32,000 bases of DNA from Nostoc punctiforme PCC 73102 (GTDB taxonomy: Bacteria > Cyanobacteriota > Cyanobacteriia > Cyanobacteriales > Nostocaceae): the NCBI RefSeq assembly GCF_000020025.1, contig NC_010628.1:2670001-2702000 (forward strand), written 5' to 3'. Positions within the stretch are counted from its first letter, which is position 1. Each line of letters starts with the position of its first letter. The translations under genes and the position numbers were made by a program. The notes under the pieces are model-generated. The model was not told the origin of the DNA. It was given only the letters and a program-made list of their open reading frames with translations, and searched no databases. Positions 9,401-14,366 of this stretch are shown piece after piece.

Positions 9401-10374
9401 GAGCGATCGCCAACACTCAAATCTATATTCTAGATAGCAACCTGCAACCAGTTCCCATTGGTATCCCAGGAGAGTTACACATTGCTGGTGTCGGGTTAGC
9501 AAAAGGCTACCTTAACCGCCCCGAACTGACAACTGAAAAATTCATCCTCAATCCGTTTGACGAGGGAGTAAGTAAATTATATAAAACTGGGGATTTGGTA
9601 CGTTATCTCCCAGATGGCAACATTGAATACCTGGGACGCATTGACAATCAAGTAAAAATTCGGGGCTTCCGCATTGAGTTGGCAGAAATTGAAGCATTAC
9701 TGGGACAACATGATGATGTGCAAATATGTTGTGTCATTGCTCGTGAAGAAACTTCAGGTAATACTTGTACTGAGCGGAGTCGAAGTAAGCGCTTAGTCGC
9801 TTACGTAGTGCCGCATTTACACGCGACTTGTACTGAGCGGAGTCGAAGTACACCCACAACGGACGAACTGCGTCAGTTTCTTGACGATAAACTGCCTGGG
9901 TATATGGTGCCAAGTGTTTTTGTGATGCTGGAGTCCTTACCCCTGACACCCAACGGCAAAGTAGACCGTCGCGCTTTGCCTGCTCCAGATTTACAACAGG
10001 AACTATCAAATTATGTAATGCCAAATACTGAAGTAGAAAAAATCATTGCTGGCATTTGGCAAAACACACTGGAAGTAGAAAAAGTGGGAATTTATAATAA
10101 TTTCTTTGAACTAGGAGGTCATTCATTACTACTAATACGAATTAATCAGCAATTGCAAGAAAAATTTGGTTTGGAAGTGTCAATAGTTGATATGTTTAAT
10201 TACCCAACTATACATAGACTAAGCCAATATTTAAGTACTAAACTTAACAAAGAAGATACATTAAAACAAAATAATTCTCGCCCTCAATCTCCAAGTGAAA
10301 GTAAAGCTTTCAGGAACCAACAATTACAGCTTAGACAGCAGTATCTTTCTCAAAGAAAGGGTAAAAAATTATGA
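1..10374 (+). CDS. nosA: Non-ribosomal peptide synthetase, 5'-truncated at the window edge; (A)-T-C-A-T-C-A-T-C-A-T; NosA-like
   Basis: Frame 1 is open from nt 1. The ORF-track start at nt 10 is an internal GTG, and codons 1-9 continue the same A-domain sequence. The TGA stop at 10372-10374 overlaps the next ATG (ATGA). NRPS core motifs recur: NGKVDRRALP (A10), FFELGGHSLL carrier motif x4, HHxxxDGWS x3, LAYxIYTSGSTGxPKG x3. The symbol rests only on colinearity of predicted substrates with nostopeptolide synthetase; symbol confidence is about 0.6. Confidence 0.95.
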   Translation, partial: VAYVVAYQDCKPTISELRQFLTAKLPDYMVPNAIVILESLPLTPNGKVDRRALPIPDLHSEQQEKFVAPRNPMEEMLALLWTQVLKVELLGIHDNFFELGGHSLLATQLVSRIRNVFKLELPLRELFARATVAELAKSIRQLQQQALRLTSAPLGTSRSVQDLELSEPPILPKMRDAELPLSYAQQRLWFLDQFEPNSAFYNIPMALRLVGNLNQPALEQSLLEIIHRHEALRTNFIRVDGKPSQIIQTQTNWTVSVIDLKYLSTTDQEITSQELARQQAIEPFDLANGALIRTTLLVLSQTEHILLVCMHHVVSDGWSMGVFVQELAALYDAYAQGQPSPLTPLPIQYADFAIWQREWLQGNVLQNQLTYWQQQLANAPALLSLPTDRPRPAVQTFAGAYQKFALSAELTGRLIQLSQKQGVTLFMTLLAAFDTLLYRYTGTEDILVGSPIANRDRSEIEGLIGFFVNTLVMRTDLAGNPSFSELLTRVREIAMEAYSHQHLPFEMLVEALQPERDLSHTPLFQVMFTLQNAPISTVELNQLSVSSTLIEGTTAKFDLTLSMENTATGVVGVWEYSTDLFDASTIERMTGHFVTLLESIIANPQQSISQLPLLTEIEQQQLLVEWNNTQADYPLDKCLHQLFEEQVARTPDAVAVVFENQQLTYQQLNCRANKLAHYLQSLGVGADVLVGICLERSLLMVVGLLGILKAGGAYVPLDPDYPQDRLSFMLEDAQVRVLLTQQQLKKKLPQHQGQDIYLDTDWQFISQSSQENPITTVQGSNLAYVIYTSGSTGKPKGAMNTHLGICNRLLWMQQAYQLTDVDCILQKTPFSFDVSVWEFFWPLITGARLVVAKAGGHKDSAYLVNLILEQQVTHVHFVPSMLQVFLEEPSLENCRSLKRFICSGEALPVELQERFFARLECELHNLYGPTEAAIDVTYWQCFPNGNLRIVPIGQPIANTQIYILDEHLQPVPVGVAGELHIGGAGLARGYLNRPELTKEKFISNPFENSKLYKTGDLARYLPDGTIEYIERIDNQVKIRGFRIELGEIEVLLNQYEEVQASCVIAREGTTGDKCLVAYIVPHQHSKPTTNELRQFLKAKLPDYMVPSAFVILESMPLTSNGKVDRRALPAPDLYSEIKDKYVAPRTPIEEILAQTWSQVLQLPQVGIHDNFFELGGHSLLATQLVSRIRNIFKVELPLRELFAAATLAELAREIEQLQQQVLRLTSAPLGTSRSVQDLQLSAPPILPRAENALLALSYAQQRLWFLDQFEPNSPFYNMSIALRLAGTVEVAALEQSFQEIIHRHEALRTNFITVDGQATQIIQTETNWTVSVVDLKHLSTTKQETASQQLVQQQAIQPFELATQALVRATLVVLSETEHILLMCIHHIVSDGWSIGLFLQELATLYNAYSQGKSSTLAPLPIQYADFALWQREWLQGEVLQSQLSYWQQKLASAPTLLSLPTDRPRPAVQTYQGTHQEFALSEELTGKLAKLSQEQGVTLFMTLLAAFDTLLYRYTGTEDILVGSPIANRDRSEIEGLIGFFVNTLVMRTDLSGNPSFSELLGRVREMAMEAYSHQHLPFEMLVEALQPERDLSHTPLFQVMFVLQNAPTSGLELTGLTVSSLPIKGTTSRFDLTLIMQNTPTGLVGVWEYNTDLFDASTIERMTGHFVTLLEGIIANPEERISQLPLLTQPEQQKLLVEWNDTQVDYPEDLCIHQLFEEQVDSTPNAIAVVYENQQLTYYELNYRANQLAHYLRSLGVGSDALVGLCVERSLEMVIGLLGILKAGAAYVPLDPEYPSDRLSFILEDAQVSVLLTQQSILDRLPQHQAHLVCLDTDAQLISQCSQDNLISDVQANNLAYIIYTSGSTGQPKGIAMNQLALSNLILWHRENLKIPRGAKTLQFASISFDVSFQEIFTTWCSGGTLFLIGEELRRDTSALLGFLQQKAIERMFLPFVALQQLAEVAIGGELVNSHLREIITAGEQLQITPAISQWLSKLTDCTLHNHYGPSESHLATSFTLTNSVETWPLLPPVGRPIANAQIYILDKYLQPVPVGVPGELYIAGVLLSQGYFNRPELTLEKFIPNPFKRSRGAALRLRSVTDEQGSRGETFNSDRLYKTGDLARYLSDGNIEYLGRIDNQVKIRGFRIELGEIEAVLSQLDVQASCAIAREDIPGNKHLVAYIVPQEEQTCTERSRSTLTVSFVRSFLKEKLPEYMVPSAIVILDALPLTPNGKLDRRALPAPDLHSQLLDKYVAPRNPIEEILSLIWAQVLKVEQVGIYDNFFELGGHSLLATQLISRVRTSLKVELPLRSLFAAPTVAELCQNIQRLQQQDLELIASPILQRAENAELPLSFAQTRLWFLDKLNPNSAFYNFPIALRLVGTLNRTALEQSLQEIVHRHEALRTNFVIVDGKPSQIIQAQINCTLSVVEFKHLSTLVLSEDVGEASASAEVTEQETALQQLAQQPFDLANEALVRATLIVLSQTEHTLLVCMHHIVSDGWSMGVFVQELAALYNAYSQGDLSPLTPLPIQYADFAIWQRNWLQGDVLQSQLSYWQKQLANAPALLSLPTDRPRPSMQTFAGAYQQFALSKELTDKLTQLSQQQGVTLFMTLLAAFDTLLYRYTGTEDILVGSPIANRDRSEIEGLIGFFLNTLVMRTNLAGNPSFSELLGRVREMAMDAYSHQNLPFEMLVEALQPERDLSHTPLFQVMFVLQNAPISQQLELTGLTVSPLVVKSTNTKFDLTLAMENTATGLVGMWEYNTDLFDASTIERMTGHFLTLLEGIIANPEERISQLPLLTEVEQHQLLVEWTDTQVDYPLDLCIHQLFEEQVQRTPDAVAVVFEDQQLTYHQLNSRANQLAHYLKSLGVRADVLVGICVERSIEMVVGLLGILKAGGAYLPLDPEYPTERLHFMLEDAQVSVLLTQQKLLDRLSQHQAKLVCLDTDWQLISQSSQDNLITETQATNLAYVIYTSGSTGQPKGVLIAHQGLLNLVFWHQHTFKITTLDKATQLAGTAFDAAVWELWPYLTAGASIYLVKSEFLSSLVKLRDWLISKQITISFLPTPLAQELLSLEWPTESLALRTILTGGDKLHQYPSDLVPFQLVNNYGPTENTVVTTSGLVVAKEQDQISPSIGRAIANTQIYILDSNLQPVPIGIPGELHIAGVGLAKGYLNRPELTTEKFILNPFDEGVSKLYKTGDLVRYLPDGNIEYLGRIDNQVKIRGFRIELAEIEALLGQHDDVQICCVIAREETSGNTCTERSRSKRLVAYVVPHLHATCTERSRSTPTTDELRQFLDDKLPGYMVPSVFVMLESLPLTPNGKVDRRALPAPDLQQELSNYVMPNTEVEKIIAGIWQNTLEVEKVGIYNNFFELGGHSLLLIRINQQLQEKFGLEVSIVDMFNYPTIHRLSQYLSTKLNKEDTLKQNNSRPQSPSESKAFRNQQLQLRQQYLSQRKGKKL
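438..485 (-). repeat. 48-nt in-frame insertion: two nested 24-nt dispersed-repeat units, reverse orientation, in a T-C linker
   Basis: The sequence is acttcgacttacctcggctccgctcggcacaagtcgctcagtacaaga. It adds ALRLTSAPLGTSRSVQ between LQQQ and DLEL. The paralogous linkers at about 6985 and about 29125 read LQQQDLEL with nothing in between. Confidence 0.85.
532..3650 (+). other. NRPS module C-A-T, predicted Ser
   Basis: C domain: ELPLSYAQQRLWF from 532 and HHVVSDGWS at 931-957. A domain: about 1915-3387, with LAYVIYTSGSTGKPKG at 2344-2391. T domain: about 3421-3650, Ser codon 3532-3534. The 10-residue code was hand-extracted using GrsA-PheA anchors (FDxS, xxxPS, xGE, NxYGPTE+2). It reads DVWHISLIDK, 9/10 to the canonical Ser code DVWHLSLIDK. 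Confidence 0.8.
1364..1371. repeat. HIP1 octamer GCGATCGC (representative of 20 copies in the window)
   Basis: Exact GCGATCGC was located by hand at 1364, 2085, 4589, 5182, 5393, 6496, 7910, 9403, 11154, 15120, 15247, 18751, 19666, 20238, 23997, 25708, 26678, 27930, 28166 and 30904. Confidence 0.9.
3663..3710 (-). repeat. 48-nt in-frame nested repeat insertion, reverse orientation, in a T-C linker
   Basis: The element matches the one at 438-485 except for one base (cacGagt versus cacAagt). It encodes VLRLTSAPLGTSRSVQ at the homologous linker position. Confidence 0.85.
6259..6342 (+). repeat. 84-nt purine-rich (GGAGCAGR octamer-like) insertion in the A-domain loop before YKTGD, carrying a nested 24-nt unit at 6279-6302
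   Basis: The protein reads FIPNPF-KRSRGAALRLRSVTDEQGSRGETFNSDR-LYKTGD, against 3-6 residues in uninserted paralogs such as FISNPFENSKLYKTGD. It is the same block as 20415-20474 plus exactly 24 nt (acttcggctacgctcagtgaccga). Confidence 0.8.
6565..6588 (+). repeat. Single 24-nt dispersed-repeat unit, in frame (TCTERSRS)
   Basis: The unit acttgtactgagcggagtcgaagt is inserted in the A-domain C-terminal subdomain (VPQEEQ-TCTERSRS-TLTV). It is absent from the paralog VPHQHSKPTTNEL. Confidence 0.85.
7305..7352 (+). repeat. 48-nt in-frame nested repeat in a C-domain loop, second lineage with 12-nt imperfect terminal inverted repeats
   Basis: The sequence is acttgtactgag-cgaagacgttggcgaagcctctgc-ctcagcagaagt. 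It encodes (T)LVLSEDVGEASASAEV between HLST and TEQE. The paralog at about 4010-4030 reads HLSTTKQE. Confidence 0.85.
9763..9786 (+). repeat. Single 24-nt unit (TCTERSRS) between ..SGN and KRLVAY
   Basis: The unit is acttgtactgagcggagtcgaagt. It occupies the same host site as the insertions at 17169, 25317 and 28613. Confidence 0.85.
9826..9849 (+). repeat. Second identical 24-nt unit, 63 nt downstream, same orientation
   Basis: The unit is acttgtactgagcggagtcgaagt. It sits at the site homologous to 6565 (VPHLHA-TCTERSRS-TPTT). Confidence 0.85.
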
Positions 10375-13300
10375 TAAATTCCGTTAATATTAATGGTTTC
10401 AATAATGAAATAGCAATAATTTCTCTTGCTGGTAGGTTCCCAGAAGCCAAATATCTTGACTCTTTTTGGCAGAATTTGCGTGATGGCGTAGAATCTATCT
10501 CCAGGTTGACGGATGAAGAACTAATAAATTCTGGCGTTTCTCTAGATTTACTGAATAATCCTAATTATGTAAAAGCTAATGCTGTTTTATCAGACATTGA
10601 ATTGTTTGATGCAAACTTTTTCGCCTATAGCGCGAAAGAAGCTGAGTTAATAGATCCCCAACAACGCTTATTTTTAGAATTGGCGTGGGAAGCAATAGAA
10701 AAGGCTGGTTATGATCCGCATACCTATAATGGGTTAATAGGGGTTTATGCTGGTGTTGGAATGAACAGATATCTTGTCAACAATCTCTACCCTCATCATC
10801 AATTATTAGAGACAGTTGATCCACTGCAATTAACAATCTCCAACGATAAAGATTTCTTGCCAACACGAGTTGCATATAAACTCAACTTGACTGGGACAGC
10901 AGTGAATGTGCAAACAGCCTGTTCTACTTCTTTGGTTGCTGTTCACTTAGCTTGCCAAAGTCTATTAAATTGTGAATGTGACATGGCTTTAGCTGGTGGA
11001 GTTACTCTCAGCATTCCCCAAAAAATAGGTTATTTGCATCAAGAGGGAATGATTCTTTCTCCTGATGGACACTGCCGTGCTTTTGATGCTAAGGCACAAG
11101 GAACAATTGCTAGTAGCGGTGCTGGTATTGTGGTGTTGAAAAGATTAAAGGATGCGATCGCAGACCGCGACCACATCCATGCAATCATTAAAGGTTCGGC
11201 AATTAATAATGATGGTGCAATGAAAGTGGGCTTCACTGCTCCTAGTGTTAGCGGTCAAGCAGCAGTCATTGGCGAGGCTCAAGCTATAGCTGGTGTAGAT
11301 GCCGAAACCATTTCCTACATCGAAGCTCATGGGACAGCTACACCTTTAGGAGATCCCATTGAAATTGCCGCTTTAACTCAAGCTTTTAATCAAAGTACTG
11401 ATAAAAAAGGTTTTTGCGCTATTGGTTCGTTAAAAACCAACTTAGGACATTTAGATACAGCAGCAGGTGTCGCAGGTCTGATTAAAACTGTATTAGCACT
11501 GCAACATCAAATGCTGCCTCCTAGTTTGCACTTCGAGACACCAAATCCCAAAATTGATTTTGCCAACAGTCCTTTTTACGTCAATACAACCCTGACTGAA
11601 TGGAAAACAAACAACACTCCTCGCCGTGCTGGAGTTAGTTCTTTTGGTATCGGGGGTACTAATGCTCATGTAATTTTAGAAGAAGCACCTGTTTTTGAGC
11701 AGGGAAGCAGGGAAGGCAGTGCGGTCTTGGGGGTTCCCCCCAGGAGCAACTGCCGTCGAGCAGGGGAGCAGGGGAGAAATTATCAATTATTGGTACTTTC
11801 AGCTAAAACTGCGAGTGCGCTTGAGCAAGCAACAGCTAATTTAATCACGCATTTAAAAGAGCATCCAGAACTGAACTTAAGCGATGTAGCTTATACGCTC
11901 AATAGTGGTCGCCGGGGTTTTAATTACCGACGGATGTTGATTTGTCAAGACTTAGAAGATGCTGTCAAAACTCTCAGTAGTTTAGAGGCACAACAAGTTT
12001 TTAGCAATTATACAGAGATTACAGAACGGTCTGTTGTCTTTATGTTTCCCGGTCAAGGTTCTCAGTATGTCAACATGGCGCGGGAAATTTACGAAACTGA
12101 GACAGTATTTAAAGAACAAATTGATTATTGCTCAGAAGTTCTTAAACCCTTACTAGGGCTAGATTTACGTCACATACTTTACCCCAGTGAAGAAAAGATT
12201 CATGAAGCATCAAAGCAACTTCAACAAACAGCCGTTGCTCAACCTGCTATTTTTGTAATTGAGTACGCCCTAGCTAAATTATGGCAGTCTTATGGTGTGG
12301 AACCACAAGCTGCGATCGGTCACAGTATTGGCGAGTATGTAGCAGCAACTCTAGCAGAAGTTTTTTCCCTAGAAGATGTCTTATCTCTGGTAGCAGCACG
12401 CGGACAGATGATGCAGCAACTGCCTACTGGAGCAATGCTTTCAATTCCCCTACCCGCAGACAAGATAAAATCCCAACTAGGGCAAGAACTTTCTGTTGCA
12501 GCGATTAATCAACCCTCCCAGTGTGTAGTTTCTGGTTCCACAGCAGCAGTAGATACACTACAAAATCAGCTTGCTGCTCAAGGGATTGAATGTCGCCAAC
12601 TGCATACTTCCCATGCCTTCCATTCTCAAATGATGGAGCCAATCTTAAAGGCATTTGCAGAACGAGTCAAAAAAGTTACTTTAAATCCCCCAAAACTTCC
12701 TTATATCTCCAACCTGACTGGTACTTGGATTACAGTTACCCAAGCCACAAATCCCGATTACTACGCTCAACATCTGCGTTCCACAGTGCTATTTGCCCAA
12801 GGTGTCGAGAAATTATTGGCAACACCAGAGCAAGTCTTACTAGAAGTGGGGCCAGGGCACACACTAACTACATTAGTCAAAAGACATCCAGACAAAGCAG
12901 CTGCACAAACGGTGTTGACTTCGGTACGTCATCCTCAAGAAAAACAATCTGATAATCATGTTTTATTCACTACATTAGGTCAACTCTGGCTGGCTGGAGT
13001 CAATATAGATTGGTTTGGATTCTATAGTCACCAGGAGCATTACCGCCTTCCCTTACCGACTTATCCCTTTGAGCGCCAACGTTATTGGATTGACCCCCCA
13101 CAAAAAACAGCTTGGGGACAGTTGCAAGCATTACCCACACCATCACAATTATGGACATCGCTTGTACAAGGAGGTCAAAATCAAGCAAATACTAAAAATG
13201 CAGAACTCAACGAGTTAACATATCAGGAAAACAGGCAGTGGTTGAATCGTTTATGTACAGCCTACATCAACTCTGCATTCAGACAATTAGGGGCTTTTAG

Positions 13301-14147
13301 CAATGTCGAAGAAAAGTATTCTTTGGAGAATTTGTTGGTGCAATGCCATATTTCTCCTCGCTATCAGCAATTGTTTTCTAGATGGTTGCAAATATTAGTT
13401 GAGCAAGGACAACTACAGGAACAGGAGGGGTTATTTACTGGGCTACGACCATGTTCACAAGATTATATTAATGAACATTTAGAAGAAGTTAGAGCGAGGT
13501 TTGCTACTTCATCTTTAGTAGATTTAGATTTAGTGCAACGCTGTGGTGAAAATTTAGCTGCTATTGTTGTTGAACAAGAACCCTTAGAGATTTTCAATGA
13601 ACTGGTTTACCAAAAAGGAAACAACGGTTCACATTCAGAATCTCCCTTAAATACTTACTACAACTCTATTTTGCACTCAAGTTTGGAACAGGTGGTCAAA
13701 TTATTGCCATTGCCTCAAGCTTCTGCATCAGCCGCATTTAGCATAAAATCTAGGCTAGAACAGAATAACCAGAAATCAGAGATTTCATTACAAAAAAAGC
13801 CGGATATTTTTCAGCCAGAAAAATTATCTGCACTCCACTCAAGACCTGATTTGCCTAATTCTTATGTAGCTCCCCGTAATGAGATTGAGCAAAAAATTGC
13901 CGATATATGGGAAGAATTATTGGGAATTAAGCAAGTGGGAATCCATGACAACTTTTTTAAATTAGGAGGAGATTCTTTAATAGCCGTTCAAGTTTTATCC
14001 CGAATACGAAATATTTTTTCTATCCGATTATCTGTAGCAAATTTATTTGAGTCACCCACAATAGCTGAAATAGCACCAAAGCTAGAAAAACAAATAGATC
14101 CGGATACAAACTTTAGTGCAGGTGAGAGAGAAGAAATAACAATTTGA
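10371..14147 (+). CDS. nosB: Type I polyketide synthase, single minimal module KS-AT-spacer-carrier protein; NosB-like
   Basis: 1258-aa ORF. KS active site is TACSTSLVAVH (Cys codon 10920-10922), with EAHGTATPLGD and NLGHLD His motifs. AT motifs are GHSIGEY (Ser codon 12324-12326) and HAFH (12612-12623). C-terminal carrier motif is FFKLGGDSL. The ATG overlaps the nosA stop. Symbol confidence is about 0.6. Confidence 0.95.
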   Translation: MINSVNINGFNNEIAIISLAGRFPEAKYLDSFWQNLRDGVESISRLTDEELINSGVSLDLLNNPNYVKANAVLSDIELFDANFFAYSAKEAELIDPQQRLFLELAWEAIEKAGYDPHTYNGLIGVYAGVGMNRYLVNNLYPHHQLLETVDPLQLTISNDKDFLPTRVAYKLNLTGTAVNVQTACSTSLVAVHLACQSLLNCECDMALAGGVTLSIPQKIGYLHQEGMILSPDGHCRAFDAKAQGTIASSGAGIVVLKRLKDAIADRDHIHAIIKGSAINNDGAMKVGFTAPSVSGQAAVIGEAQAIAGVDAETISYIEAHGTATPLGDPIEIAALTQAFNQSTDKKGFCAIGSLKTNLGHLDTAAGVAGLIKTVLALQHQMLPPSLHFETPNPKIDFANSPFYVNTTLTEWKTNNTPRRAGVSSFGIGGTNAHVILEEAPVFEQGSREGSAVLGVPPRSNCRRAGEQGRNYQLLVLSAKTASALEQATANLITHLKEHPELNLSDVAYTLNSGRRGFNYRRMLICQDLEDAVKTLSSLEAQQVFSNYTEITERSVVFMFPGQGSQYVNMAREIYETETVFKEQIDYCSEVLKPLLGLDLRHILYPSEEKIHEASKQLQQTAVAQPAIFVIEYALAKLWQSYGVEPQAAIGHSIGEYVAATLAEVFSLEDVLSLVAARGQMMQQLPTGAMLSIPLPADKIKSQLGQELSVAAINQPSQCVVSGSTAAVDTLQNQLAAQGIECRQLHTSHAFHSQMMEPILKAFAERVKKVTLNPPKLPYISNLTGTWITVTQATNPDYYAQHLRSTVLFAQGVEKLLATPEQVLLEVGPGHTLTTLVKRHPDKAAAQTVLTSVRHPQEKQSDNHVLFTTLGQLWLAGVNIDWFGFYSHQEHYRLPLPTYPFERQRYWIDPPQKTAWGQLQALPTPSQLWTSLVQGGQNQANTKNAELNELTYQENRQWLNRLCTAYINSAFRQLGAFSNVEEKYSLENLLVQCHISPRYQQLFSRWLQILVEQGQLQEQEGLFTGLRPCSQDYINEHLEEVRARFATSSLVDLDLVQRCGENLAAIVVEQEPLEIFNELVYQKGNNGSHSESPLNTYYNSILHSSLEQVVKLLPLPQASASAAFSIKSRLEQNNQKSEISLQKKPDIFQPEKLSALHSRPDLPNSYVAPRNEIEQKIADIWEELLGIKQVGIHDNFFKLGGDSLIAVQVLSRIRNIFSIRLSVANLFESPTIAEIAPKLEKQIDPDTNFSAGEREEITI
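10407..11690 (+). other. Ketosynthase (KS) domain, catalytically intact
   Basis: The domain runs from IAIISLAGRFPEA to GGTNAHVILEEAP. The Cys-His-His triad is present: TACSTS, EAHGTAT, NLGHLD. Confidence 0.9.
11697..11776. repeat. Octamer repeats (GAGCAGGG-like) flanking a 40-nt imperfect hairpin, translated in the KS-AT linker
   Basis: The sequence is gagcagggaagcagggaag-[ggcagtgcggtcttgggggttccccccaggagcaactgcc, 11715-11754]-gtcgagcaggggagcaggggag. It encodes EQGSREGSAVLGVPPRSNCRRAGEQG between EEAPVF and RNYQLLVLSAKT. Confidence 0.75.
12033..12950 (+). other. Acyltransferase (AT) domain, malonyl-CoA type
   Basis: Motifs present: VVFMFPGQGSQY, GHSIGEY (active Ser) and HAFH. HAFH is the established malonyl signature, as opposed to YASH for methylmalonyl. 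Confidence 0.85.
13200..13725 (+). other. Spacer resembling the N-terminal lid of PKS C-methyltransferase domains, lacking the SAM-binding core
   Basis: The sequence LNRLCTAYINSAFRQLG...ISPRYQQLFSRWLQILVEQGQL...LVQRCGENLAAIVVEQEPLEIFN...NSILHSSLEQVVKLLPLP follows the pattern I associate with the segment preceding the (V/I)LEIGAGTGG motif of cis-MT domains. No GxGxG motif follows. No KR-type Rossmann motif is present either. Confidence 0.5.
13863..14090 (+). other. Carrier protein of the PKS module (PCP-like sequence type)
   Basis: The sequence is YVAPRNEIEQKIADIWEELLGIKQVGIHDNFFKLGGDSLIAVQVLSRI with Ser codon 13974-13976. The upstream YVAPR and the GGDSL core look like an NRPS PCP rather than a classical PKS ACP (LGxDSL). 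Confidence 0.8.
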
Positions 14148-14184
14148 GTAACAAATAATTTTAAATTACGAATTAGCTGATGTA

Positions 14185-14188
14185 GAGG
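14185..14188 (+). promoter_or_regulatory. Weak Shine-Dalgarno (GAGG) for nosC
   Basis: GAGG lies 10 nt upstream of GTG 14199 in the 51-nt nosB-nosC spacer. That spacer is the only intergenic DNA in the window. Confidence 0.4.
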
Positions 14189-14198
14189 TAATGTTTCT

Positions 14199-14366
14199 GT
14201 GAATATCGAACAATTGGTCGTTGATCTTAGTAAACAGGGTGTAAAGTTGTGGGTTGAAGGTGAGCAGTTGCGTGTTAATGCTCCAAAAGGGGTATTGACA
14301 CTAGAAACTCGTGACTTATTAGCTAAAAATAAAGCAGAACTTATCTTCTTGCTGCATGAGAAAAAT
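14199..14366 (+). other. N-terminal TubC-type (beta-hairpin) docking domain
   Basis: The sequence MNIEQLVVDLSKQGVKLWVEGEQLRVNAPKGVLTLETRDLLAKNKAELIFLL fits the xxLxxxGVxLWxEGxxLRxxAPxGxLTxExxxxLxxxKxELxxLL pattern of TubC_N docking domains. It precedes the first C domain. Confidence 0.7.

Larger units (their letters stand above)
7042..10245 (+). other. NRPS module C-A-T, predicted Leu; its T domain hands off to the PKS
   Basis: C domain: HHIVSDGWS at 7477-7503. A domain: about 8464-9980, with LAYVIYTSGSTGQPKG at 8893-8940. T domain: FFELGGHSLLLIRINQQL with Ser codon 10123-10125. The code DAWFLGNVVK matches the canonical Leu code 10/10. This terminal T domain is clearly more divergent and more AT-rich than the other near-identical T domains. 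Confidence 0.8.

Noticed and set aside
12281-13218. Same-strand out-of-frame ORFs: 6963-7229, 12281-12508, 12590-12952, 13015-13218, 18449-18688, 24142-24351, 26004-26201 and 30895-31101.
   Set aside because: They overlap reading frames that carry unambiguous KS, AT, C and A core motifs. Their translations are low-complexity with no recognisable motifs.
13000-13860. A possible ketoreductase or dehydratase in the long AT-to-carrier spacer of the PKS.
   Set aside because: No Rossmann GxGxxG motif, no KR catalytic region and no DH HxxxGxxxxP motif are visible. The region resembles an MT lid instead (see findings).
14148-14198. A promoter or terminator in the only intergenic spacer (nosB-nosC, 51 nt), and alternative ATG starts at 14179 and 14191.
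   Set aside because: The spacer is AT-rich but has no convincing -10/-35 pair and no stem-loop followed by a T-run. Both ATGs hit stop codons within 1-4 codons. The genes are most simply co-transcribed.
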